Shown here: piece after piece, positions 49,811-63,343 of the stretch
Layout: the number at the start of each line of letters is the position of its first letter
Numbering within the stretch: position 1 is the stretch's first letter
Assembly: GCF_001194135.2 (NCBI RefSeq)
Contig: NC_069005.1
Span: 34,717,570 to 34,781,569, forward strand
Length of the DNA stretch: 64,000 nucleotides
DNA from: Octopus bimaculoides
Taxonomy: Eukaryota
Direction of reading: 5' to 3'
The notes under the pieces: generated by a model
The model's database searches: none
Told to the model about the DNA's origin: nothing
Seen by the model: the letters and a program-made list of their open reading frames with translations, nothing else
Translations under genes and position numbers: made by a program

Positions 49811-52197
49811 AGGATATCTATACTTGTATTTCAACAGCAATTAATGGATTTTGTTGAGAACTTTAAATAAAAATGCATTAAAATCTGGGGGGGTTTTTTG
49901 CAGCTTACAGAAACAAAGATACCCTTTCCTTTGACTTACATGTGTATTAGGAAGATTTGGGTTGTAGTAGCAGTAGTTGTAGTATTTTGAGAGGTGAAGA
50001 AGCTGATGTTACTATGGATAACATCAGAGGTGTTTTCTCTAAGTTCTAAAATGGTTCTTATGTTCAACTGATCTCTTTATACTAACAATTTACTCTGTTG
50101 AGAGGGCAGAGCACTTTCATACGACAGATACACATTAGTGGCTGAGAAGCCTTTACAGTCAGTTCCCTAGCCTCAAACCATCCAAATCTGGTTTGTAGTT
50201 TATAATGTTCTTGTAATTATCTTAAAACCTGGGTGTGTACTCACAATAACATTTGTGTATCATTATTTCTCTGTTTACGTACATCATGTTCATAAAATAC
50301 AACAAATATATATAAACAAAATGATTTATATACTTAGGTGTATATACTCACACACACACACACACATACATATACATATACATATACACATACATGTGTG
50401 TGTGTGTGTGAGTGGCTGTTGTTGTGTTTCAAGATGGCCCAATCTGCACAAGAATGTGTGCACTTGTATTGATGTGTTATGTTAAATGTTTATATCTTAA
50501 TTGGTGAGTATATAAATGTGTGTGTGTGTGTACACACATATATATACACACGTATACACATACAAACATACACACACACATGTGCATATATGTGTGTGTG
50601 TGTGTGGGTGTGTGTATCTGTGAGGTCAGGAAAATCTTGCTACTGGTACCACATAACGCAGTATTACTATTTCTTGGTCAGATGGTTGGCAATTAAACTG
50701 GGTACCCTCACCTGGCTTGCTAGGTGAGGAGGGTGTTGTGGACATACTGCAGGACGAAAAACATGACTTGTCAAAGGACAACTGAGCTCATTGTGAGCCA
50801 AGGGCCAGCCAAATGAATGGTGACACAAAAACATCCTACAGATGGGGCTGTCAAACTGTGCAGCTATTCCATGACTGTAGACATGAAAACTCCTAACAAA
50901 GACATTCTATGTTCTTGAGTTGAAGTAAATGTGCCAAAAGTGATTTGTTGTAGAGTGAGAAAACATGAAAAAGTGGACAGGAAAATACCATCATCAGCTT
51001 TGTTTTAACAGCCACCTTTCCATGCTTGCATGGGTCAGACAAAATTCATTGAGGAAGAATCTCTACAACCAGATGCTCTACCTGTAGCTATCCTTTACCT
51101 ATTTCTGTGTGAAGTAACACTTCCTCTAGTTCTTTAAACACAAACATCCAACGGCCAGACATGTTTTTACAGAAGATTGCAAATGAATGTCACTACTTGA
51201 ACAATGGTAGCATTTGCTTACAACTATCGCACCATTTCAAGATAAGGAAACATGAACATACATACACAAACACGTGTGTGCATGTATGTATATATATTTA
51301 CACACACACTGTTCAGTGAGTGTTTCTGTGCATTTGTATATGAATGCCTACATTCATATATAAATAAATATCAATGACTGTATGTGTGTGTGTGTACATG
51401 TAGATGTAAGTGAATGTGTGTGCAGATGTATATGCACACACATGTACTTCTGTTTATATAAGAGACTGTCAATGAATGTGTGTATGTGTGTGTGTGTGTG
51501 TGCGTGTGCATAACAACTTGTATATATACATGTGTTCATGTTAAACAAGTCTATATGAGTGTGTGTGTGTGTGTGTCTCAACTCGAATGTTGTTTATGTT
51601 TGTATTTGTGTATGCGTATGCATCAAACAAATGGCTATTTACAAATCCATTAAGAGACCAAAGTGTTGAAGAAGTCGAAATGCTGCCAAAAACCAGGATC
51701 AGTATGATGAGGGAGGGGCGGAGTAGGAGGGCTATGAAGGAAGAAATATCTGTATAATTAGATTAGTTAAATATAAGCAGTGTTAATGTTGGTCGGCGGC
51801 GGGCAAACTGACACACAGACAGACAGGCTAGACACTCAAAGGAGAAGACAAACTGACAACTGTGTAATGCTATCTTAAAAACTGATTGGTTTAATTTGGG
51901 ACAAACTACCACACAGTCACATGGTGCTGGGGTGGGTTATAGAAGTAGTGGAGAGGTACTTTCCTCCTTCGCTCCCCCTCTAAACCATCCTCAATTTGGT
52001 TTGTAAAATTGAATCTATATAAGACCAACTGGTTTAGATTCTGTTTGTTTGCTTTGTCATCACCACTTGTACTATTGCCATTACGACCCCACCACGACTT
52101 CCATCGTTAGGAGGGTGGTGCAGAGAATGGGTTAAAGATATAAACATATAACATTGACAACTGCCATCTCCTTATTAGCTTTAATTGTGTGTGTGTG

Positions 52198-52229
<32 letters not shown>

Positions 52230-52387
52230 CATATGGCCGGGATGTTGACAACTCCACCCTGAGCTTCATATGCAGATATTGTATACGCATACAACTTAGC
52301 TGTCAAATGGTGGATCCAGTTTAATAAATGCAAAACCATACATACACACATGCATGCACACATACATACATGCACACATACATACAT

Positions 52388-52420
<33 letters not shown>

Positions 52421-53806
52421 TTCAAACATTTTTTTTTTGCTTTCCATACTAGCTGGACAGCAACATATCTCAGCTTCTTGTCGTCAGATGCCGTTTCTCT
52501 TATCAACTCAAGTAAGGAACTTTTATTATTCCACTGATCTTCAAAAGCGCAATAAGATTGGTCAGAATGTTGGTAAGGAAAGTAAACCTCACATCACCAT
52601 TTCATTCAGAGGAGGGGAGAAGTAGAGCCATGGAATGCCAGCACTAGTACACGTACACACACACACATGAGCATGTGTATATATAAGTGTGTGTGTGTGA
52701 ATTCTTGTATGTATATGCACAAGTATATGAAACCTGTCGATGAACTGAAGCCTGTAGAATTTAGTACCTTACCCAGATATGTAAGAAAATGTTTGCAGTG
52801 AATTTGAACTTGAAACCTTTAAACTGGCGCTATCATGGTTGAAACACTCTTCCATTTTACATGGGCAGTATTTCCACATCTATTTCCACTGAGATACAAT
52901 AATTCTTATGTTTAGTCACTTCACATTTCTCTCTTACTCTCTGCTACTACTCTCCACACAACATTCTTAGTCTCTAAAACTGTTCAACCATTTCACATTC
53001 TATAGAAATGGAATTTGGTCATTTCTGGATAGGTACAGTAGTTTCTGTTGAAAGGCCCTAGAGATGTGAGAATTATTGCCATCATGCTGTTAAATTTATT
53101 GAAATATTTGCCTTACATTAAATATATTTTTATTAAATTCTTAAAGTTCTCTTGTAAAATATACTTATTATTACCCAGCTATTTCTGCTTGCCATATTTC
53201 AGAGTCCACTTATTACAGATTTAATAATGATGTGTTTGTGTATGTGGTTTGAATTCAACTATGGGCATGTTTAGCAAAAGAACAATTGTATTTATAAATA
53301 ATGTGTGTACTTGTGTGTATGTAGAGTAATGTGTATACCTACACAGATGTGCGTATATATTTGTGTGCGTGTGTTTGTTAATGCACACAATAGAGTGTAT
53401 ACAAGCATATGTATGTGTTTATACTAGCAATGTGTGTTATATGTGTGTTGTGTGTAACTACATTTATAAGATTTTGCAAGAAGCCAAACTTACTCAAGAT
53501 AGCTACTGGTAAACTGTGAAAAGAAGCCCTCTACATACACATGTATATATGAACTTATCTTGTGACATGAAATGAAGATAGTTTACATAAGTAAAGAATT
53601 TAGATTTCAAGGATAATGTAATTCCTTGCAGTCTATCCCTCTCTCCAATTTTGTTCTTATTTACAAATGTTCTCTTTCCAGAAACTACAAATGGAATAGT
53701 TTCTGGTAACAAAAATAGCTGCAGAAGATCTCTATTCCAAGTTTATGCAATAAACAGAAGTACTTCACTATCTGATTTTCACCAGCTGAGGTTGCAATAT
53801 GGTGAA

Positions 53807-54028
53807 TTAATCCTTTAGACTTTAAACCGACCATATCTGGCCCAAATATTCTACTTGTTTTATGTTCAAACCAGCCAGATCTGGCTTCTCCATCTACCCT
53901 ACAATGTCATTATAAATGCAAACCATCACATCATCAAAATCTGAAAACTAAAAAACAATGCATGCTTAATTTAAAACAATATTAATGAATGTGCATTTGA
54001 CAGAGTGATCTGAATGCTAAAGAGCTAA
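53807..54028. mobile_element. Second copy of the TTAA-flanked MITE, opposite orientation
   Basis: ttaatcctttagac...ccatatctggcccaaatattctac...ccagccagatctggc...tgacagagtgatctgaatgctaaagagctaa; partial third copy at about 60660-60830. Confidence 0.55.
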
Positions 54029-54804
54029 ACCAAACACACACACACAATATACTACAAGTTATATTAATAGTGTAAAATTAATATTAATTCTAATCCCAAA
54101 TTTCATTAAATCAACATTTCTGATTGTCCTGTAATCATTCATTTTCATTAGTTTCCCCGTTTGATGTTTTAATAAACATATATTGTTATTGTTCACAGAA
54201 CATGCGTGACCTGCTAGATTTGGTATAATTATGAGTTCGTTGAAATGGATTTATAATAAATATCTTTAAATGAGATCTTTGATAATGTAATGCTTAATGG
54301 TGGCTTTAGAATATAATATATTTATGCTGCCATATATGATTTTGACCTGATAAACTACATAACTTCTCGTGTCGTGTCTTCCAACCTCCCACCCATTCTG
54401 TCAGTAAATTAAACAGTGTGTCACTGGACGGATTTAAATCTATCCATGATTGTGCTTTATTTAACTTACAGCATTAGAATGCCACCAATAGATTATGTTG
54501 TTAACACCTCCTTGCATTTTTTGCAAAATCAGAATTTATTGTCAGCTAACAATAGAATCTAATGATGTATCAGCTATATTCATCAACAGGTTTCTTCTAA
54601 AGAACATTCTGAAATGAAAACTTGATTCTCCTAACATTGGAGCCATTTCTATGAAAAATGGAAGCATTCAATCTTTCCTGGTTTAGATAATAAAACAGGA
54701 GATGGGGAAGAAGATATTCTATAGTTATTTCTATACATTTGGTGCCATGAGAAACCACAGCTTGTTAGTTCAGAGAAGTAAGAATTATTGTAATAGTTCT
54801 TTTA

Positions 54805-55202
54805 TTTTTTATTGTTTGTTTCAGTCAGACTGCAGCCATGAAGAATTTTAGTCAAACAAATTGACCCCCAGCACTTATTTAAGTTTTAAGCCTGATGCTT
54901 TATTATATCGGTCTCTTTTGCAGAACTGCTAAGTTACTGGGACATAATCACATCAATACCAGCCGTCAAGCAGTGATGGGAGACAAACAGACAGAAACAC
55001 ACACATTTATTTATATGTGTATGTGTGTGTATACGTATATATGACAGGCTTCTTTCAGTCTCTGTCTACCAAATCCACCCAGATGGCTTTGATTGGCCTA
55101 AGGCTATAGTAGAAGACACTTGCCCAAGGTGCCACGCAGTGGGACTGAACCCGGAATCATGTTTTTGGGAAACAAACTTCTTACAACACAGCCATGCCGA
55201 TG
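54805..55202 (-). mobile_element. Well-preserved tRNA/CORE-like composite SINE
   Basis: ...ggctatagtagaagacacttgcccaaggtgccacgcagtgggactgaacccggaatc...cacagccatgcc. Confidence 0.7.
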
Positions 55203-55697
55203 CCTAGCCAAGCCTAGAGGCAATAAATAAAAACGATAAAAAACCTATAATGGATACAATATGTATTACTAAGTATTGTCCTATATAATACATTAAATAT
55301 TGTAGTCCTAGGTACACCGTGTCTGAATAAATGGAAGATGGTACGGTTGGAAGGTCTTTAATCATAAATTTACCGAAACAAAAATGTCCTGGGACTAAGC
55401 GACAATGAAAAAAATCCTCCAGTTTAATAACTGACACAGTTTATGTGTTTAAATACGTAAAAATTGGCAACGTTTAAGAAACCTGCTTTGGCGACATTAT
55501 TACAAATTTATTTTGGACGAATAAAAACTATTTTGGTCTTTTGTGTGTTAGAAAATGATTAAAGATTGCAAATACGAGTGTTATAAAACTGTATCAATAA
55601 AATAGAGCAGATAAATATCAATAATATCAATAATATCAATATAATTACCAATTAATTGTGTCCACAGTCCGTCTGTTTTGAACAATCATCGATTTAC

Positions 55698-55770
55698 CAG
55701 ACAACAGAAATGCTCGTACATTTCCGTCTATTTCCGTACATTTCTTGAAAAACCGGGTCCTTTTTTCCAC
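55698..55770 (-). promoter_or_regulatory. Candidate promoter/non-coding first exon, possibly of SPATA22
   Basis: Small CpG-containing patch with two CGGAAA motifs and a donor CTG|gtaaat at 55697. The SPATA22 start exon has an acceptor, so an upstream exon is needed, but linkage to this site is unproven. Confidence 0.3.
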
Positions 55771-56659
55771 CCCTATTTTTCTTCTTTTGTCTCTCATAAA
55801 TTAAGCAGTTTTTCTTTTTTATTGTTACCAGCACTTTTTATTCATTTTTTTTTATTTATCAAAAATATATTATTTTGTTGCCAAAACTTTGAATACAATC
55901 TATTGGTTCCGAAATTTTAGCAACGTTTGATATAATGTCATTGACCAAACAATTAATCTTGTTAATTCACAAATTGAGCAATTAACCAAATTATTTTTCC
56001 TAATATATTCCCAACAGGATAATCTCCAACTATTTTTGTTTTGCTTTAAATAAATAAATTTTTGTCTAAAATAAAAAATAAAACGAAAATTAAGGAATGT
56101 TTGCAATAACTGAAGGCCATAGAAATGTCGATAGAGAAGCAAGTCTTCTGCCGAAAGTAAAACGAGGAACTATAAATATTCTGCTGGTTATCTTGTCTTC
56201 ATTCGCCTTGATTGAAGAAGAAAATAAAATAAAAACAGAAATTCATGGTAGATTTTTTTAAAGTTGGAAATTTAAGGAAAGAGAAGCGAAAAGGCTGAAA
56301 AGAATTTAAGATCAGTTTCAAATTTTGGCACAAGGCCAGCAATTTCAGAAGTGGGGGCTCAGTTGATTATATCGACCCAGTGTTCAACTGGTACTTAATT
56401 TATCGACCCGGAAAGGATGAAAATGGTTTAATATTGATGAACGGGAAGTCATTTTCCTTACTTTGAGACTTTGGGTTTTTCTAGGAGCATAAGGCAACAT
56501 TGATTATATTTGGGGATCACATAATTAGCTTTCATGTCTGACTCAACACTGGAAAAGTCTGTTAATAAAATGGTCTTCACGAAACAAACATTGGTTAATC
56601 AATATCACGTCTATTCTATTATAATAATTCCATTCACATTTACAATGCTTTATAGGAAT

Positions 56660-56835
56660 ATTAAATCGATCCAGTACATCATTGGTATTTTATTTTATCG
56701 ACTACGGAAGAACAAAAAAGTAACGTTGACCTCAGCGGGATTTGAACTCAGAACATTAAAGGCCACCGCTAAACTCCACATGAATTTTGTCTCCGAATAC
56801 ATCGCCTTCAAGACATTTTGGTTGCTCTCTGGCGA
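56660..56835 (-). mobile_element. Second SINE family, degenerate
   Basis: cgatccagtacatcattggtatttt...gacctcagcgggatttgaactcagaac; a further partial copy lies at about 56325-56420. Confidence 0.55.
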
Positions 56836-57078
56836 TCTTATAGATCGACTACTTCTTATTTCTGTAAAATAAACCACCTATTAAGAACTTGTAGTCAATT
56901 CGATCAATTCTGTCCTTTCCTCAAAGTCTGTGATTCTGTGATAATAAAGTTAGACATTTCTTTTATTGATTAATTTTAATTTAATGTAAGAAAAATCTGT
57001 AAATTGGAAGAGAAATATCTGAAACATACAATGGAAGGAAAGTTTCAGAATTAAACAACGGCCTTTTTACACGTCCAT

Positions 57079-57708
57079 GTACACGCACACACACACACAC
57101 GTACGCACGCGTGCACACACACACACGACAAATGCTCGTTATTTGAACTCTTTATTTCTGCGATCTTTTAAATGTTGGACATTTAAGATAGCAGACAGTC
57201 AGCCAAACTACACGCTAGTTAAACGTTTAATAATCGATAATGCGTAAAATGTTCGATCGATTTTTTTAAATTAGTGAAATATTATAATTTTAATATTGGA
57301 ATTTCAACCATGTTTTGTGGTCTGCTACCAGCTCNNNNNNNNNNNNNNNNNNNNNNNNNNNNNNNNNNNNNNNNNNNNNNNNNNNNNNNNNNNNNNNNNN
57401 NNNNNNNNNNNNNNNNNNNNNNNNNNNNNNNNNNNNNNNNNNNNNNNNNNNNNNNNNNNNNNNNNNNNNNNNNNNNNNNNNNNNNNNNNGTACACGCACA
57501 CACACACACACGTACGCACGCGTGCACACACACACACGACAAATGCTCGTTATTTGAACTCTTTATTTCTGCGATCTTTTAAATGTTGGACATTTAAGAT
57601 AGCAGACAGTCAGCCAAACTACACGCTAGTTAAACGTTTAATAATCGATAATGCGTAAAATGTTCGATCGATTTTTTTAAATTAGTGAAATATTATAATT
57701 TTAATATT
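57079..57708 (+). repeat. 219-bp exact direct duplication on both sides of an N gap
   Basis: 57079-57297 appears identical to 57490-57708, separated by 37 unique nt and the gap 57335-57489. Confidence 0.85.
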
Positions 57709-58714
57709 AAATATAATAATTATTTCCATAATTAGGACAACTACACTATTGGACCATCGATTTAGTTTGATTTCATTTTTAAATACTTTAATATGAAGAA
57801 ATTCTCTTTAATGGAAAACTTAATAAAAGTGATCTGTATTAAAAACAGAATCCAGCATAGACCAAACGAGGGAATCCCTTATGGTCCCTGATAAAAAGTA
57901 CCCAAATGACCAAACGTAAAATGGTAAAAGCCTATACCGTGTTTGATCTTGTGGTTGGTTAGCTCCGTCAAAGGCAACCCAGCTAGAGCCATTTCACAAG
58001 TTTTCATAAACAGAATATAGAGAACTACATTTCTAGAGTATGGTAGAATACGACTTGACGGATATTTGACTGCTATTTCTAGCGGGTTAAGCAACGACAC
58101 GGATGTTCCCTTGTAGCATTGGATTTGAACTCCCGTTTTGCCACATACGAATTTCAAATCACAATTTAATCACAGTTTGATTATATGCGTAACTGAGATC
58201 TTGTCCAATGAATGGCTATTGTTCACATGATAGTTTTTCAGCCCATCTGGAACTTACCGTGAGCCCAGCCTATAAAAACAGTCAATAAACGCACCAAATT
58301 CAGAGTGTCTTGGACCCAGTGTCAAATTTCTCTCTCTAGCTGTTTTAACGGCTGCATATTCAATAGAGGATATTGAAGAAGAAGAAGACATGGCACAGAA
58401 CTTGTGTAATATATTAAAAACAGCCCAAGTGTTAAACTTTGAATAGGCATTTTACTTGTATGCCATATTATGCTGTTTCTACCATACTACTTCAATATAT
58501 ATTGATTGTAATGCATGGACATCGTTTCATACAAATACAGCACAATAAATTATGTTCAAACATTTGTGCGATGTTGTGAAATTACTGCAGGTACACAATC
58601 CTTTATCCAGAACCCTTGGAGACAGTTGTGTTCTTAATTTTCGGATTTTAGGGGATTTCAGAGTAAAAGCCAACTCCCCCAGATTGTAAACGAGACATCA
58701 ATTTATATCTAATT

Positions 58715-58905
58715 GCAAGGTAGCGCTCTGGTAGAATCATTAACAGGTCAGATAAAATATTTAACAGCATTTCTTCCAGCTCTTTGCATTCTGAGTTCAA
58801 ACTCCCTTGAGGTCGACTTTGCCTTTTATCCTTTCAAAGTCGATAAATCAGGAATTGAAGTAGTCAATTTTACTCACTCCCTTAAAATTGCTAGCTTTAT
58901 CCCAA
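58715..58905 (+). mobile_element. Second SINE family
   Basis: ctggtagaatc...ttctgagttcaaactcc...gaggtcgactttgccttttatcctttc...gtcgataaatc. Confidence 0.6.
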
Positions 58906-59544
58906 ACTTATAAAGAATTAATATTTAATGATGTTACTTTGAATAATTTAAATGCAGGNNNNNNNNNNNNNNNNNNNNNNNNNNNNNNNNNNNNNNNNNN
59001 NNNNNNNNNNNNNNNNNNNNNNNNNNNNNNNNNNNNNNNNNNNNNNNNNNNNNNNNNNNNNNNNNNNNNNNNNNNNNNNNNNNNNNNNNNNNNNNNNNNN
59101 NNNNNNNNNNNNNNNNNNNNNNNNNNNNNNNNNNNNNNNNNNNNNNNNNNNNNNNNNNNNNNNNNNNNNNNNNNNNNNNNNNNNNNNNNNNNNNNNNNNN
59201 NNNNNNNNNNNNNNNNNNNNNNNNNNNNNNNNNNNNNNNNNNNNNNNNNNNNNNNNNNNNNNNNNNNNNNNNNNNNNNNNNNNNNNNNNNNNNNNNNNNN
59301 NNNNNNNNNNNNNNNNNNNNNNNNNNNNNNNNNNNNNNNNNNNNNNNNNNNNNNNNNNNNNNNNNNNNNNNNNNNNNCCCCCCCCAAGCGAAGAAGTAGG
59401 CTCAACCAAGACATATAAATAGAGGTAGTCTGACCATGGTAGGAGTGGACTGACAGTAGACTGACTGTTGAGTAGAGATCATCCGAAGGTGCTAGATAGC
59501 AGTAGCTTGAGACATAACAGATACCAGTTCAGCAATTTAAGCCG

Positions 59545-59740
59545 GAGGGGGTTGAGTCATTAAATCTACCCAGATTTAAGGGGCTAGTCGATTACTTCAA
59601 CCTCATTGTTTGACTGGCACCAATTTCATTGACCCCAAAATGAAAGACAAAGTTGGCCTTGTCGGAATTTGAACTGAGAATGCCAAGATGGATGAAACGC
59701 TGCTGAGCATTTTGTCTGGCATGCTAAGTTCTGCAAGCTT
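59545..59740 (-). mobile_element. Second SINE family, degenerate
   Basis: gggctagtcgattac...gaccccaaaatgaaagacaaag...ggaatttgaactgagaatg. Confidence 0.55.
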
Positions 59741-60299
59741 GATGATTTAGTAATAATAATTACATTCTCCATGTTTTAAAATGTTTATATAAAATGATTT
59801 CATGCTTATGACAAACCATTATAATATCAAATTTCAATCTAATATAAAACCAAGTTCGATCCTGGGTTATATTTCAACTTATTAACAACCTAATCACAAA
59901 TAGTAATGACATAATCAAACAGCTGTTGTCCTGTGAAAAACAACAAGTTAATTCATCATGAACTGTCTGTCCTGACAGTGGTGGCCATTCAAAACCAGTG
60001 ATTTATAGACTGAATCAGAAATAGTAATAATATACACAGTTGAGGATGATTATAATTGTGAATCGGATCTGGGCGAATATGTAACTATAATCAACAACAC
60101 ACAGAAGCCTTTTGTCTCTCATCTTGCTCAATAAAGCACATCGTTTAATGTGGAAGAAAATGATATTTTTCAAAGTTACTTGGCAGCTGTGTTGTTAATG
60201 GAAATGTGATAAAATATATAGTCTGTTAGTGAAAGTGATAGACAAATTGTAGGGTTTAATAAAATCAATTTTTTATTTTTATTTTTTTCTTATTTTTAG

Positions 60300-60342
60300 C
60301 CTTGTCCAACACTCATGGCAGAGAAAAGATAATTATGTGGAA
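60300..60342 (+). CDS. Putative orphan internal exon (LSNTHGREKIIMW-K)
   Basis: Long T-rich acceptor tatttttag|; donor GAA|gtaaag; open as phase 1-2. Confidence 0.22.
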
Positions 60343-60588
60343 GTAAAGAGTATTTTTGGAGTTGGACTTGAATTTAATCTGAGAATCATTGTCTGGCCAA
60401 AGTTCACCAGGGAATCATGAAATGGCACATACTGGGATTCAGTGGAATGTCTTTTTTAAATGTTTAATTCATGCATATATTCACCTGATGGAAACAGTTT
60501 ATTCCACATGATGTAATCACTCTATTCACCAAAAAAAAAAAAAGTCTAAAACAGCTGTAGTGAGTGAACCACTATCCATCTGTTATAT

Positions 60589-60637
<49 letters not shown>

Positions 60638-61606
60638 TTATCTAAATAAGGATAAGATCCGTATTTAAAATACCGATCGTATCAAGTGGCCAGCATGGGA
60701 ATTAAAACCATCAAAGGTAACAATCACATCACTGAAGCCTCAAAACAACAAAATAATTCATGATTAATTCAAAACAATGAATAAACAAGCATAACACTTG
60801 ACAGAGTAATGTGAATGCTGAAGGGTTAAATTCTATCACATCATTTTACCATTAACCGAATTAAAGAGAATAATAAATTCCGACAAAGCAATAATTTCAA
60901 GACAAAAAAAAGTGCTTCTTATTTTCAAAACTATCCATATTGAAGTTGTGAGGAGGTCAGTGACCTTAAATAGATTGGCAATGATTATCACAGAAGTAAA
61001 TGTTCCAAGCTACAGATTCCTCAAGCAGTTTTCAATCTTCAGTTCTTCTGTGTATCTTCAAAAACTCAGAATTGATTACAGTTTTACGAATGCAAAAGAC
61101 GTTGGCGAAGATGTCTGTTTGTGTTCTTTTAAACCAAACAATTCTATGATTGATTGAAATCTGTTATTGCCTGTAGGAGATGAAATTACTGGTTCGCAAC
61201 AAGGATTTTAATTTTGGTGCAGCAGATATATTATAACCTTGGCGACATTAGATCTGCTTAACCTTTGTCATATCACAAATAGAATATTAGCTTTTTTTTT
61301 TTTTCTTTCTTTCTGGTTTTAATGCTTATTTATGAGTGACAAGTCTGAGTTGCTTCTTCAGAAATGGCCATTTTCCAATACATTGTAAATTGTAAAAGTC
61401 TGTATGAAATTGTGTGTGTGTGTGTNNNNNNNNNNNNNNNNNNNNNNNNNNNNNNNNNNNNNNNNNNNNNNNNNNNNNNNNNNNNNNNNNNNNNNNNNNN
61501 NNNNNNNNNNNNNNAATGCACACACACAGATATTTTGAATATTCTGCCATAATTACAAGGAAAGGTGATCATTGTGCGCACAAATGTACACACACACACA
61601 CACATA

Positions 61607-61735
61607 TGGCACAGATATGGCTGTGTGGTAGGAAGTTTGCTTTTCAACCACATGGTTCTGGGTTCAGTCCCAGTGTGTGGCACCCTGGGCTTGTGTCTTC
61701 TACTATAGCCTTGAGCCGACCAAAGCCTTGGAATT
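61607..61735 (+). mobile_element. tRNA/CORE-like SINE head and body
   Basis: atggctgtgtggtaggaagtttgc...gggttcagtccc...ccctgggcttgtgtcttctactatagcc. Confidence 0.65.
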
Positions 61736-62165
61736 TCTATATAATACATGAGCTAAAACCAAAAAAAACTATTGTTTTACTTCATTATAACATTATAACT
61801 GACCACTGTCCACCCTCCGTTGCACTGGCCATGCCTCATTAAACACATTTCATCTGTTTTCAATGGAGGGAGAACATTTATTGTGTTACCAGCGACACTA
61901 CAACCACTCTTGACTACATCCTCAACTGCCCTCACTGGCATCTCCACTACACAGTAAACACTTCCTGGGTGTCCCTTCTGGCGTCTCTGCCAAAATATTT
62001 AACCTGTTTGACCCTTGTGGACATTGTGGCTAATGTCACATCGATGATGATGACGATGACGATAATGATGATGAGGAGGAGGAGGAGGATGAAGATGATG
62101 ATGAGAAGGAGGAGGAAACAAGTAACGACAACAACAGAACTGATTGAATATAACTTTTATTGCAG

Positions 62166-62205
62166 GTGACATAGAAAATTGGCTGGAATGGCAGAATAAA
62201 TACCG
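62166..62205 (+). CDS. Putative orphan internal exon (G-DIENWLEWQNKY-R)
   Basis: Acceptor ttttattgcag|; donor CG|gtcagt; only one frame is open. Confidence 0.3.
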
Positions 62206-62589
62206 GTCAGTTTGATGTTCCTTGGCCAATGAACGTTTGATGTTTACTGGCCAGTGAATTATGGATAACATACTGGTCAGTCAATGTTTGATATTGATAT
62301 TGGTCAGTCAGTGATGTGTGTGACCGGTCACTTAGTGTTGGGTATATAGTTTTGTTTGTTGTTGTTGAAGTGGTCAGTCTGGTCAGTCTGTAGTTGAAGT
62401 GACTGAAAGTTTGGTTGGTAAATCATAATACTGAGCAAGGAATGGATTAACATTTTTAGAGAAATGTTGGATGACCAAGGTGGACGTGGCCAAAAGGTTT
62501 GAGTGATAGAGATGTCTGTTATATATGTATGGTAGTGTGTGACGAAGGTATTTTTTACATATTTATAGAAGGTATGGTATAGATGTCAG

Positions 62590-62717
<128 letters not shown>

Positions 62718-62814
62718 AGACAGTGTGATGATATATCTGTCTGTTATACAATAAATAAAATAAAAAGTAGAGGTGTGAAGATTCTTTGTCTAATGGTCTG
62801 ACCATTAAATAATC

Positions 62815-63000
62815 CTTTCTATTAAAGGCACAAGGCCTGAAATTTGGTGGGGAAGGGACCAGTCGATTACATACACCCCAGTGTTTCCCTGGTACTTAAT
62901 TTATCGACAGGCAAATTATGAAAGGCAAAGTCAACTCCAGCAGAATTTGAACTCAGGACGTAAAGGTGGACGAAATGCTGCTAAGAATTTTGCCAGCTCT
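62815..63000 (-). mobile_element. Second SINE family
   Basis: ggcacaaggcctgaaatttgg...ctggtacttaatttatcgac...gaatttgaactcaggacgtaaag. Confidence 0.65.
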
Positions 63001-63288
63001 GACCATCACATAATGATAATAGTGCTTGGACAATTTTGTTTAAAAGACATCCAATTCTTGATTTGACCACTGGCTAATAAGAGACATTGACTGAATGAAT
63101 TAGGATGACCACAGGGAAGTCACTGATACATTTCCAAAGATTATTTTACAGGAATGGTCAGTTGTGGTCATCTGTTTTACCAGTCTCAGATCCATTGTCT
63201 TTAACTGGAAATGAATTTGATCATTGATCCAAAGATTTTGTCATAGTGATATCTTATTCTGTTATTGGTTCCATTCAGGCTTAAATAG

Positions 63289-63343
63289 GTACCAGGATGA
63301 AGTACAACCCCTCCTTGTAAGCAGCAGGAGTATAGTATAACTG
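63289..63343 (+). CDS. Putative orphan stop-containing exon (YQDEVQPLLVSSRSIV*) followed by a donor
   Basis: Acceptor ttaaatag| in phase with the 62166 exon; TAA at 63338-63340; CTG|gtgagt 3 nt later. Confidence 0.25.

Noticed and set aside
50690-50790. Possible RTE endonuclease fragments (GTLT.LAR..VVDIL; also LRDQSVEEVEML near 51650)
   Set aside because: Similarity is too short and degenerate to support as a feature.
60912-61157. ORF MLLIFKTIHIEVV... as the missing exon of the right-end orphan gene
   Set aside because: There is an acceptor at 61042, but every phase-compatible donor is weak and no homology was recognised.
61607-61680. tRNA-like A/B-box sequences here and at other SINE heads
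   Set aside because: They continue into SINE bodies and do not form cloverleafs; they are not tRNA genes.
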